A DNA stretch of 59,362 nt from an uncultured bacterium (lineage in GTDB: Bacteria > Spirochaetota > JAHITG01): assembly GCA_965373035.1 (NCBI GenBank), contig CBDVEP010000002.1, positions 1 to 59,362 of the forward strand, in the 5' to 3' direction. How positions within the stretch are numbered: the first letter of the stretch is position 1; each line of letters starts with the position of its first letter. Positions 35,404-44,582 of this stretch are shown here, piece by piece. The position numbers were made by a program, and so were the translations under genes. Below the pieces are notes generated by a model. It made no database searches, had not been told where the DNA came from, and saw only the letters and a list, made by a program, of their open reading frames with translations.

Positions 35404-36543
35404 TTATTCCACAATGATTATACGATTTTTTCCTGCTTTCTTTGCTTTATATAAAGCTTCATCAGCTTTTTTAATTAATTTATCTTTATTAAGAATTTGA
35501 TTTTTTTTCGCTGCTGTAACACCAATACTTAAAGTAGTAAAAACCGCTGTTTTATGATCCTCTGCAATAAATTTTTTGGTTTGAACTTCCTCTAATAATC
35601 TTTTAGCTAATATTAATGCTCCAGCAATGTCTGTTTCCGGTAAAAGCAATAAAAACTCATCCCCTCCATACCTTACAGGCATATCTATCTTCTTTCTTAC
35701 GGTTTTCTGAATAATATCTGCAATGCCTTTTAATACAACATTTCCAAAAAGATGCCCATAAGTATCATTAATCATTTTAAAATTATCAATATCAAGTAAA
35801 ACCACACCAACATCTTTCGGATACCTTTTAGCCCGCATGAGCTCTTTTTCCATTGAAATCTGTAAATACTGATAATTAAAAAGCTGGGTTAAATTATCTG
35901 TAACAGACCAATTATAGAGTTTTGCTTTTTCCATTGTAATCAGTGTTATGTTTGTTATAATAGATACAACATAAAAATCTACCATAGTTAAAAAACGTGT
36001 TTTACCAGCTGAGGCTACTTCAATTATACCTAAAATATTATTATCAATAATTAAAGGAATAGCCATTATAGAATGAGTCTTTAATTTTACTATTTTATCA
36101 ACATAACCTATATATCTTTTATCTCTGGATACTTTCCCGATAAATAATGGCTGCATATTTAAAGCTGCATGACCACAAACATCCCTGCCTTCCTTTATAA
36201 AGACATCCTTAAGCTCACTGTAGAAATCATAAGGAAGAAGCCTTTTGTTTTTATAAACCATGGTAACATTAGGATAAAGCAACTTTTTTTCATTATCATA
36301 AAAATAAAAAGTAACACGGCTGGCACCTATTGATTCAGCGGAAAACCCTAAAAACATAGACCTGATTAAAGTCTCATCCTGACCCCCAAGCATATCAATA
36401 AGTTTTATATATTCTTCAAGTGTAGCAATACTGTGTTCTCGCGCTTCTAATAACCTGCCTAAAGTAGAACCTGATTTTTTTTTCTTCTTTTTTTCCTGAG
36501 GTATTTTAATTTTCTCTACTTTTTCATCATTATTTTTTTTCAT
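35404..36543 (-). CDS. GAF-GGDEF diguanylate cyclase
   Basis: VRYGGDEFLLLL is an intact GGDEF. The upstream position of the I-site reads KKID rather than RxxD. A GAF-like N-terminal half is present. A 4-nt gap separates it from the downstream phosphatase gene. Confidence 0.8.
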   Translation of the reverse strand: MKKNNDEKVEKIKIPQEKKKKKKSGSTLGRLLEAREHSIATLEEYIKLIDMLGGQDETLIRSMFLGFSAESIGASRVTFYFYDNEKKLLYPNVTMVYKNKRLLPYDFYSELKDVFIKEGRDVCGHAALNMQPLFIGKVSRDKRYIGYVDKIVKLKTHSIMAIPLIIDNNILGIIEVASAGKTRFLTMVDFYVVSIITNITLITMEKAKLYNWSVTDNLTQLFNYQYLQISMEKELMRAKRYPKDVGVVLLDIDNFKMINDTYGHLFGNVVLKGIADIIQKTVRKKIDMPVRYGGDEFLLLLPETDIAGALILAKRLLEEVQTKKFIAEDHKTAVFTTLSIGVTAAKKNQILNKDKLIKKADEALYKAKKAGKNRIIIVE

Positions 36544-36646
36544 AATATTATACCTTCTCTATTTTAATAATACAATAATATAATATTCAAATAAAATGTC
36601 AATAATTCTATCAACATTCCCGTAATCAATTAGTTATGGGGGAAAT

Positions 36647-36682
36647 TGTCATTGCTTCGTCGCTTCGCTTCTCGCAATGACA
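36647..36682 (-). repeat. Inverted copy of the GTCATTGCGAG...CGAAGCAAT unit
   Basis: attgcttcgtcgcttcgcttctcgcaatgac is approximately the reverse complement of 3721-3751. The tgtcattgc / gcaatgaca 9-bp stem is present. Confidence 0.7.
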
Positions 36683-36706
36683 GCTATGCGGTAATAACTA
36701 CCCCCT

Positions 36707-38845
36707 CTAAATCTCAATCAGATGAACATTTTCCCATTGGGAATAAGATTTAATATGTGTAAATAAAATAATCTGATTCTCATCTAATATAGAATTCAAT
36801 ACATCCTTTACTACTTCAAGACGTTCTTTATCAAAATTAACAAAAGGGTCATCTAAAAACAATGGTAATTGTGTTAAATCATTAATCTCATGCAAAAGTG
36901 CAAGCCTTACAGCAAAATAAAGCTGTTCTTCTGTGCCGCAGCTTAAATTTTTTATAACTTCATTATCTTTATTCTGAACAAAAGGGCTAAAATCCTCATT
37001 TAATATAACCTTTTTATGCATGCCTTTTGTAATATTATTAAAAAACTCTGAAATATTCCTGGATAACCTTCCAATATGTTCTTCCTGGTATTCTTTTATT
37101 GACTCATTTAAAGTATCAACTGCTAATTTATAGGACTTCCTGTAAAGTGTCAGTTTATTTAATTCACTCTCTATTTCTTCCAGTTTATAATTAATACTTG
37201 CAATACTTTCTGTTTCTAAGGTAGTAGAAGCTAATTCTTTATTTAAACTATAAATCTTCTTTTTTAAAACTTCACTTCCGGCATTATTTTCATTTAACTG
37301 CTTTTTTAATTTCTGTATATACTGGATGGAGCTTTCCTTGTTTTTACTTAATGTGGAAAGCCCCGGATTATTCTTGTCCAACTCCTTTAAATCAGTATTA
37401 ACTGAAACAAGATTTTTTTCTTCTTCATTTTTTTTAATATTGTATTCAGAAACATTATTAACTGCATTTAAAGTGTATTTTAAATTTTCTATCTCTTGTG
37501 AAATCTTTTTATATTCTTCATATTTATTTAAAAAACCCTCATTAATTTCTTTATCAGAATGTATTTTAAATTCCTCACTAACACTTGAAATCTTAGCCTG
37601 TAACTCTTCAATTGTTTGATTTTTTGAAAAGATTAAAGTTTCATACTGAAATTTATTCTTAATTCCTTTTATTATTATAAAAGTTAAATAAACTAATGAT
37701 ACTATACCAAGAGCTATACTTATATAAAGCAAAAATTTTTTATCAAATTTTAATCTCACAAAAAAAGTAAGGCTTGCAAGGATTAAACCGTTAATGCCCA
37801 GTACAATACTTTTAATTTGCTGCGAATCACCTTTTTCTATTTTTTTTAACTCCTCTTTTTTTTTAATTAATTCTTTTTTTAATTCTTGTAAATTTTTCAT
37901 AGAATTAACGATTTCATCTGTAATGTCATTAAATTCTGAATAATTCTGAATAATGTCATTTTTAGCATTTAAATCTGCTTTTATCTTATTATACTTTTCA
38001 ATCTCATTATTAAATGTTAAAATTTTTTCTTCATAATTTGTTTTTTCTTTTAACAGGTCAATATACTGTTTACTTAATTCAAATGCTATCTGCTTTTTTC
38101 TAGTTTCTTTATCCAGATATGTTAATTCCTTTTCAAACTTTTTCAAGTTATCTTCCAACTCAGATGACTTTATACTCTGTTCAATAATATGCTCTTTTTT
38201 CATTATCAAACCCTTATATTCATTTTCATAAACCTCAATAGCCTTTTCATTTCTTCTATCTCTTATATCATGCCATGCACTTTTACTGGTTAAATCAAAA
38301 TATTCTTTTATCCATACTTCCAATATATTTTTATAATTTGTACCAACAGCTCCTGTTAAAATATGCTGAATCTCTTTATTAATGTTTGTTTTAATTGACC
38401 TCTGGTAAATAACATTAATATTACGAAAAATTCCTTCATTATTTAATCCCAATACTTTTTTTAAAACATCATAATAAAACTCTTTTTCTTCACTCCGTGA
38501 TTGAGGATGCGCTTTACCTTTAAATAAATTTTCAATAACACTATTTTTATCTTTTTTACTTAAAATAACCTCATTAGACTCAAAATCCCTGGTTAAATTA
38601 AATTCCACATCTTTGTCATGGAATTTAATCTCTATAAAATAGTTATTAGCTGGTTTTTCTGATTTGTAAAGTGCCCACCTGCTTTTATCAAGTCCAAAAA
38701 AACCAGCAATAATTGCTTTTAATAAAGTAGTTTTTCCTGTTTCATTATTTCCATATATCAGGTTTAATTTATCATTTATAAAATTAAATCTGCGAGGTTT
38801 ATAAAAAATCCCGAATCCTTCTATGTTTACCTGTTCAATCTTCAT
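36707..38845 (-). CDS. YhaN/SbcC-like coiled-coil ABC-type ATPase with a central transmembrane hairpin
   Basis: Walker A is GNNETGKTT and the C-terminal Walker B/D-loop is LPLFLDDPFVNFD. Long K/E-rich heptad regions are present. Mid-protein SIVLGINGLILASLTFFV and FLLYISIALGIVSLVYLTFIII form two hydrophobic helices. No CxxC hook is present. Confidence 0.7.
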   Translation of the reverse strand: MKIEQVNIEGFGIFYKPRRFNFINDKLNLIYGNNETGKTTLLKAIIAGFFGLDKSRWALYKSEKPANNYFIEIKFHDKDVEFNLTRDFESNEVILSKKDKNSVIENLFKGKAHPQSRSEEKEFYYDVLKKVLGLNNEGIFRNINVIYQRSIKTNINKEIQHILTGAVGTNYKNILEVWIKEYFDLTSKSAWHDIRDRRNEKAIEVYENEYKGLIMKKEHIIEQSIKSSELEDNLKKFEKELTYLDKETRKKQIAFELSKQYIDLLKEKTNYEEKILTFNNEIEKYNKIKADLNAKNDIIQNYSEFNDITDEIVNSMKNLQELKKELIKKKEELKKIEKGDSQQIKSIVLGINGLILASLTFFVRLKFDKKFLLYISIALGIVSLVYLTFIIIKGIKNKFQYETLIFSKNQTIEELQAKISSVSEEFKIHSDKEINEGFLNKYEEYKKISQEIENLKYTLNAVNNVSEYNIKKNEEEKNLVSVNTDLKELDKNNPGLSTLSKNKESSIQYIQKLKKQLNENNAGSEVLKKKIYSLNKELASTTLETESIASINYKLEEIESELNKLTLYRKSYKLAVDTLNESIKEYQEEHIGRLSRNISEFFNNITKGMHKKVILNEDFSPFVQNKDNEVIKNLSCGTEEQLYFAVRLALLHEINDLTQLPLFLDDPFVNFDKERLEVVKDVLNSILDENQIILFTHIKSYSQWENVHLIEI

Positions 38846-38847
38846 AA

Positions 38848-40038
38848 TTAATCTATCTCTATATTATGACTTCCTTTGTGAAATTTAAAGTCTGGTTCTT
38901 CTTTAGTTTCTGAAGATGTAAAATCCCTTAACCCTAAATTTAGGGCCTGGTTTAATATTCTTTGATGATTTTCAAAAGTTACATTCTTCTCAAGCAATTT
39001 TTTAAAAAACAAACCTCTGATTGTTTCTTCCCTGCTCAATTGCTTTACAACAGTACTTTCTATAAATTTTGCCTCATTATTTATCCTCACATAAAAATAA
39101 TGATCTTCTAAAATCTTAATTAATTCATTTTCATTAATGGAAAAATCTAATACTCCCTGCAAATACAAATCAAGAATTAGCAAGGAGAGTTTATCCCCTT
39201 TTTTAAGTAATGATATTAAATCCCGAATACTTGAAATATCTTCCTTGATCACATCAATAACCCTTTTTTCAATCCGTATTTTTGAAAATTGTATCTTTTT
39301 TATGTTCACTGAATTATTCTGTTTAATTTCAACAACAGCAGAATACCTATCTCCATATTCATCTATAGCTCTGGGAATAAGTGACCCTGTATAAACACAT
39401 TTATGTTCATTATCTACTTCTTTTTCCTTAAACTGATGAAAATGCCCTAATGCAAGATAATTTAATCCTGAATAAGCAAACTCTTCATATGAAAATGGCA
39501 GTTCCCTGTCAGAGATCTTAATCTCCTTTAGTTCAAGTGTGCCGTGTAAAATACCAATGTGAGTACCTTCTTTTTCTATGATTTTAAAATTTTTCAAGGC
39601 TCTCTTATACGGATTATTCACTTCATACACTCCGCTGTAAATAAAAACATGCTGGCTTTTAATGTTTATCTCATCTATTAAGTTAAAACCTGGATTTTTA
39701 ATAATCATTCCTGGAAATTTAAATGTCCGATAAATTGAGTTTTTGTAACTATAACTATCATGATTACCTGGCAGGATATATAATTTTATATTCTTTTCAT
39801 CTACTTTTAAAAAAAGCTCTCTAACCTTTTCAAGAAGCGGCAAATCAGGTCTGGGATTATCAAATAAATCACCTGCTATAATTAAAATATCAATTTCATT
39901 ATATGGATCGCATGTGTAATTGATTAATTTTTCAAAAGCATTAAATGCTTCCTTCATAAGAGAGTCAGCTTTTTGATGGAATGATTTAAATTCTGCTCCA
40001 AGATGTAAATCAGCAGTGTGAAGTATACGGATACTCAT
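38848..40038 (-). CDS. Mre11/SbcD-like metallophosphoesterase (YhaO-type)
   Basis: The calcineurin-like motifs are ILHTADLHLG, IAGDLFD, PGNHD and GHFH. A 2-nt gap separates it from the ATPase gene. Confidence 0.8.
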   Translation of the reverse strand: MSIRILHTADLHLGAEFKSFHQKADSLMKEAFNAFEKLINYTCDPYNEIDILIIAGDLFDNPRPDLPLLEKVRELFLKVDEKNIKLYILPGNHDSYSYKNSIYRTFKFPGMIIKNPGFNLIDEINIKSQHVFIYSGVYEVNNPYKRALKNFKIIEKEGTHIGILHGTLELKEIKISDRELPFSYEEFAYSGLNYLALGHFHQFKEKEVDNEHKCVYTGSLIPRAIDEYGDRYSAVVEIKQNNSVNIKKIQFSKIRIEKRVIDVIKEDISSIRDLISLLKKGDKLSLLILDLYLQGVLDFSINENELIKILEDHYFYVRINNEAKFIESTVVKQLSREETIRGLFFKKLLEKNVTFENHQRILNQALNLGLRDFTSSETKEEPDFKFHKGSHNIEID

Positions 40039-40233
40039 AATGCGTTAATTTATAGTATTAATGTTAAAAATCAAGAAAAATTATTGCTTTACTATAATCG
40101 GTAAGAATAACCTTTTACCTGTTACAGTAAATAGAATTTATTCATTGACAATCTATTAAAAAATAATAGTATAGCATATAAATAGCAAAGTAAACCTATA
40201 AACCAAAAAAAAGAGTTGTTGAGAAAAGGAGAT

Positions 40234-40464
40234 ATGGGAGATAAGAAGCAATATAACATTATGAAAAATAAAAAAATTTGGGAAAGAATGATACCGATTT
40301 CACAGGCTGATGATGATTTTGAACTAAAGTTCTGGCAGGAAGCTGGTGTACAAATGCGTTTTGCAACAGCATGGCAAATGATAAAAGATTTTTATAAAAT
40401 AAGAGGAAAGAATGAAATTAAGCCCCGACTACAAAGATCTGTTCAAAATATTCAACAAATATAA
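40234..40464 (+). CDS. Small protein preceding and overlapping the nucleotidyltransferase, cassette 2 (unrelated in sequence to the cassette 1 partner)
   Basis: I prefer the ATG at 40234 (MGDKKQY...), which is preceded by AAGGAG, to the listed start at 40216. It overlaps the NTase gene by 53 nt. Confidence 0.45.
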   Translation: MGDKKQYNIMKNKKIWERMIPISQADDDFELKFWQEAGVQMRFATAWQMIKDFYKIRGKNEIKPRLQRSVQNIQQI

Positions 40465-40864
40465 AGTAAAATATTTAGTAGTAGGTGCTTATGCTGTTAT
40501 ATATTATACAGAACCTCGTTTTACTAAAGATATTGATTTATTAGTAGAACCTGAAGTAAAAAATGCTGAAAAAGTGTATAAAGCATTATCCAAGTTTGGG
40601 GCACCATTAAACAATATTAAAATTAAAGATTTTATTAATAAAGATTTAATTTACCAGATTGGAGTTGCCCCTATAAGGATAGATATTATAATGAAGCTTC
40701 CTGGAGTTAAATTTAGAAATGCATGGAAAAGAAGAAAACAAACTTTATATGATAAAGTAAGAATTAATATTATTGACATTAGAGATTTAATAAATGCTAA
40801 AGAAAAAATAAAAAGACCTCAGGATATTTTAGATTTAAAAAAACTTAAGAAAAAGAAGAAGTAA
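40412..40864 (+). CDS. Nucleotidyltransferase-fold protein (DIDLL type), cassette 2
   Basis: KVKYLVVGAYAVIYYTEPRFTKDIDLLVEP. The C-terminal RPQDILDLKKL matches RGKDAIDRVFI of the paralog. Confidence 0.6.
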   Translation: MKLSPDYKDLFKIFNKYKVKYLVVGAYAVIYYTEPRFTKDIDLLVEPEVKNAEKVYKALSKFGAPLNNIKIKDFINKDLIYQIGVAPIRIDIIMKLPGVKFRNAWKRRKQTLYDKVRINIIDIRDLINAKEKIKRPQDILDLKKLKKKKK

Positions 40865-41011
40865 TATCTTTAGATACTGATATTTATATTAAATTCAGAT
40901 GTCTTAGCATTCAGCCATGTTTTTATTAATTTCCCAAAAATTTTTCCCATTTTAACCCATTCATGCCATTCTATGTTACATTATAACAAAAGGGAATTAT
41001 TACTTTCCTGG

Positions 41012-42064
41012 TTATGTCAGAGTCTCATTCTCAATAAATTCTAAAAGCTCCATTATTATTTTATCCCTGTTTATCTTTTTTACAAAATTTCCTTTTTTAA
41101 ATAAAATTGCTTCTGATTTAGAGCCTGCAACACCTATATCTGCATCTTTTGCTTCACCTGGCCCATTAACTATACAACCCATTACAGCAATTTTTATAGG
41201 TTTTTTCAATGCCCTTGTCTTTTTTTCTATGATGTTTGCTATTTTTTCTACATTAATACATGCTCTTGCGCATGTAGGACAGGAAATAATATCCACCATA
41301 TTATTATATAATCCCATGGATTGAAGTATTTTATACCCTACATAAACTTCTTCCACAGGGTCACAGGAAAGAGATACTCTGATAGTATCACCCAGTCCCT
41401 GATATAATAAAACCCCCAGTCCTGCTGCACTTTTTATTGTACCGGAAAACTTTGTTCCTGCTTCAGTAATTCCAATATGTAAAGGATAATCTCTTATTTT
41501 ACTGAATTTCTGATATGCTTCAATAGTAGTTAAAACATCTGAAGATTTTAAAGAAACTATTAAATTATAATATTTTGCTTTTTCAAAAATCCTTATATGC
41601 TCCATCACACAATTTATCAGGGCATTAGCATTATTCTTTTTATATTTTGTTCTGTTGATTGAGCCTGTATTAGCCCCTACACGGACAGCTATATTTTGTT
41701 CTTTAACTTTCTCAACTAACAGCTTAATTTTTTCTTTCTGTATATTCCCCGGATTAAGTCGAATGCTGTCTATACCCTGATGAATAGCTTCCATAGCAAT
41801 CCTGTAATCAAAATGAATATCACCCATAAGTGGTACATTTACTTTTTCTTTAATTTTTGATACAAGCTTTGCTGAAACAATATCAGGCAGGCTGATCCTG
41901 ACAAGCATACAGCCTGCCCTCTCTAATTGATTAATCTGCTTTATTATTTTTGAAATATTGTGAGCATCTGCATTGATCATGGATTCAACAGCAACAGGAT
42001 TACTGCTGCTGATAATTAAATCCTTTATTTTTACTTTTCTTGTTTTATGTCTTATGATTTTCAT
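41012..42064 (-). CDS. ispG: 4-hydroxy-3-methylbut-2-en-1-yl diphosphate synthase
   Basis: ISCPTCARA and MGCIVNGPGEA cluster-ligand motifs are present. The size is 350 aa. Confidence 0.9.
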   Translation of the reverse strand: MKIIRHKTRKVKIKDLIISSSNPVAVESMINADAHNISKIIKQINQLERAGCMLVRISLPDIVSAKLVSKIKEKVNVPLMGDIHFDYRIAMEAIHQGIDSIRLNPGNIQKEKIKLLVEKVKEQNIAVRVGANTGSINRTKYKKNNANALINCVMEHIRIFEKAKYYNLIVSLKSSDVLTTIEAYQKFSKIRDYPLHIGITEAGTKFSGTIKSAAGLGVLLYQGLGDTIRVSLSCDPVEEVYVGYKILQSMGLYNNMVDIISCPTCARACINVEKIANIIEKKTRALKKPIKIAVMGCIVNGPGEAKDADIGVAGSKSEAILFKKGNFVKKINRDKIIMELLEFIENETLT

Positions 42065-42068
42065 AGGG

Positions 42069-43439
42069 TTAACTCATAAACCCTTTTACTCCTTTTATTT
42101 CAGCAGTTCCTTTGAACAGCCCTAAAATGTCATTAAACATAAACATAAACAACAATCCCATCAGTACCATTAAACCAACATATTGAATAGCCCTGACAAC
42201 CTTAAAGTTTAATTCTTTTCCGCTAATTATTTCAAATAAAAAAAACAAAATATACGACCCATCAACTGCTGGAATTGGAAGTAAATTAAAAAAAGCAAGA
42301 GCAATACTGATATAACCCATAAACCATATAAAACTTAAAAAACCAGCCTCTGTTGTCTTGCCTGCATAATAAACTATTGCTACCGGGCTTTTAACAGCTT
42401 TCAATACTTTTATTTTACCGGAAACCATTAATTTCAAACCATAAAATACCTCTGTAATTACTTTATTAGCCCTTTTAAAACCATCTGAAACAGCATATAT
42501 AACATTCTTTGATTTTGAAATGTAAATATCTCCCTCCTGATTAAATGAAACACCAATAAATCCCTTTCCTTCTCTTTCTTTTACTTTTAAACGAAAAGTC
42601 TTAATCTGATTTCCTCTTTTAATCTGAAGCGTAATCCTTTGATTTGCTTTAACAGAAATGATGCTTTTAACATCATAAAAATTATTTATTTTTTTATTAT
42701 TAATTTTAATAATCTCATCACCAGCTAAAAGACCGGATTTAGAAGCTGCCCCGTTTTCAGTTACCCCTGCTATTTTACCGTTGATATATGGTAAGATACC
42801 AATTAAGCTCGCACCTGTATCAGGATCCAGCACGGGTTTAACTTTAAAATCCAGCACCCTCTTTCCTCTTTTAACTGTTATTTTTCTCTTTTTTTTATCA
42901 CCTGAAATAACTATCTTTTTTCTTATTAAAGTCCAGTTTGAAATATTTTCATCATCTATCTTAATGATTCTATCTCCATCCACCAATCCTGATAATTGTG
43001 CCGGTGATGTAATCTTTTGATTGTCTATTGTTATTTCTTTCATAACAGCAATTTTATTTGTAAAAGTAGGCTGTTTAATACCAACAGCCATTACAATAAT
43101 AAATATAAAAATCCCAAATAAATAATTAACAAACGGTCCTGCAAAAACTATCCCCAGTCTTTTTAAAGGAGGCTTGGAGTAAAATTCATCAGGTGCACCT
43201 GTTAATTCATCATTTGGTTCTTCTCCTGCCATTTTACAAAAACCACCAAGTGGTATAACTCCTAACTGATAAACCGTATCCCCTTTTTTGTATTTCAGAA
43301 TACCTGCGCCCAGACCAAGAGAAAAAATTTCAACTCTTACACCAAATAATTTAGCTATTAAAAAATGACCAAGTTCATGAATCAAAATAAGGATTCCTAT
43401 TGAAATTAATCCATATACTATTTTTAATGCAACATCCAT
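42069..43439 (-). CDS. rseP: RIP metalloprotease RseP (site-2 protease, M50 family)
   Basis: An HELGHF zinc motif sits in TM1. Central PDZ-like segments and C-terminal TM helices are present. Confidence 0.85.
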   Translation of the reverse strand: MDVALKIVYGLISIGILILIHELGHFLIAKLFGVRVEIFSLGLGAGILKYKKGDTVYQLGVIPLGGFCKMAGEEPNDELTGAPDEFYSKPPLKRLGIVFAGPFVNYLFGIFIFIIVMAVGIKQPTFTNKIAVMKEITIDNQKITSPAQLSGLVDGDRIIKIDDENISNWTLIRKKIVISGDKKKRKITVKRGKRVLDFKVKPVLDPDTGASLIGILPYINGKIAGVTENGAASKSGLLAGDEIIKINNKKINNFYDVKSIISVKANQRITLQIKRGNQIKTFRLKVKEREGKGFIGVSFNQEGDIYISKSKNVIYAVSDGFKRANKVITEVFYGLKLMVSGKIKVLKAVKSPVAIVYYAGKTTEAGFLSFIWFMGYISIALAFFNLLPIPAVDGSYILFFLFEIISGKELNFKVVRAIQYVGLMVLMGLLFMFMFNDILGLFKGTAEIKGVKGFMS

Positions 43440-43440
43440 T

Positions 43441-44577
43441 TTATTTTTCTCCTTTATTCATCTTTTTTTCAAGTGCAAATATATCATCTAAATTTGGAAT
43501 TTCAACATATTTTACACTTTTTACTAAATTTTTTATACTTGGAAAAATATCATTAAATTTAATTTTTCTTTCTAAAAATCCTGCCAGTACAATATCATCT
43601 GCTATACTTAAAGCTGCAGGCAGGTTGCCTCCTTTTTTTCCTATTTTATAAGAATATTCCAATAAAGGAAACTTATTAAAATCCGGTGACTGAAATGTCA
43701 AGCTTTTCTGTTTAAAAAAATCCAAAGACTCAAAAGGACTTTTTAATTTTTCCGGATATGACAGCGCATTAAGAATAGGAAATTTCATATCAGGTGGAGA
43801 CATCTGTGCATATATTTCTCCATCAATTGTCTTTATCATGGAATGAATAATACTTTGAGGATGTATAATTACCTCTATATCTTTATAATCTATATTAAAA
43901 AGATAATGTGCTTCAATAACCTCAAAACCCTTATTTATTAATGTAGCACTGTCAATTGTTATTTTTCCTCCCATACTCCAGACAGGATGTTTTAATGTAT
44001 CTTCCATTGTTATTTTAATAAATTCCTGGATAGGTTTATTTAAAAATGGACCGCCTGAAGCAGTAAGATAAATTTTTTCAATATGCTTTTTATTTTGCAG
44101 GGGTTCTATTAAATGAAATAAAGCACTGTGTTCACTGTCAATAGGAATAATCTGAACTTTATACTTTTTTACTAATTTATTCAGAATATCACCTGCCATA
44201 ACATAAGATTCTTTATTTGCCAGTGCAATATTTTTTCTATTATAAATTGCTTCAACAGTGTATTTTAAGCCTGAACTTCCTATTATTGCATTTAATATGA
44301 TATCACTTTTTTTTATTCCGCATAATTTTTTTAGTCCTGTTTCTCCTGAATATATTTTATGATCCGGGCACTTTTTTTGCAGTTGAATTGCTAAACCTTC
44401 ATTATATACAGCCGCATAATCAGGCTGAAATTTTTTAATCTGTCTTCTTAATAAATTAATATTTTTATTGGCTGATAACCCCACGATATTAAATAAATCA
44501 TAAAACTTTTCAATAATCTTTAAAGCATTTCTGCCAATTGAACCGGTTGAACCTAAAATAACAATATTCTTTTTCAC
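43441..44577 (-). CDS. dxr: 1-deoxy-D-xylulose 5-phosphate reductoisomerase
   Basis: ILGSTGSIG N-terminus and an IPIDSEHSALF motif. Confidence 0.9.
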   Translation of the reverse strand: MKKNIVILGSTGSIGRNALKIIEKFYDLFNIVGLSANKNINLLRRQIKKFQPDYAAVYNEGLAIQLQKKCPDHKIYSGETGLKKLCGIKKSDIILNAIIGSSGLKYTVEAIYNRKNIALANKESYVMAGDILNKLVKKYKVQIIPIDSEHSALFHLIEPLQNKKHIEKIYLTASGGPFLNKPIQEFIKITMEDTLKHPVWSMGGKITIDSATLINKGFEVIEAHYLFNIDYKDIEVIIHPQSIIHSMIKTIDGEIYAQMSPPDMKFPILNALSYPEKLKSPFESLDFFKQKSLTFQSPDFNKFPLLEYSYKIGKKGGNLPAALSIADDIVLAGFLERKIKFNDIFPSIKNLVKSVKYVEIPNLDDIFALEKKMNKGEK

Positions 44578-44582
44578 TATAT

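Noticed and set aside
36707-40038. Calling the YhaO/YhaN-like pair a named anti-phage system (Lamassu, Gabija or Wadjet-like).
   Set aside because: The architecture (Mre11-type phosphoesterase plus a Rad50-like ATPase) matches SbcCD/YhaON rather than those systems. Neighbourhood alone is insufficient, so it is kept only as an open question in the finding.
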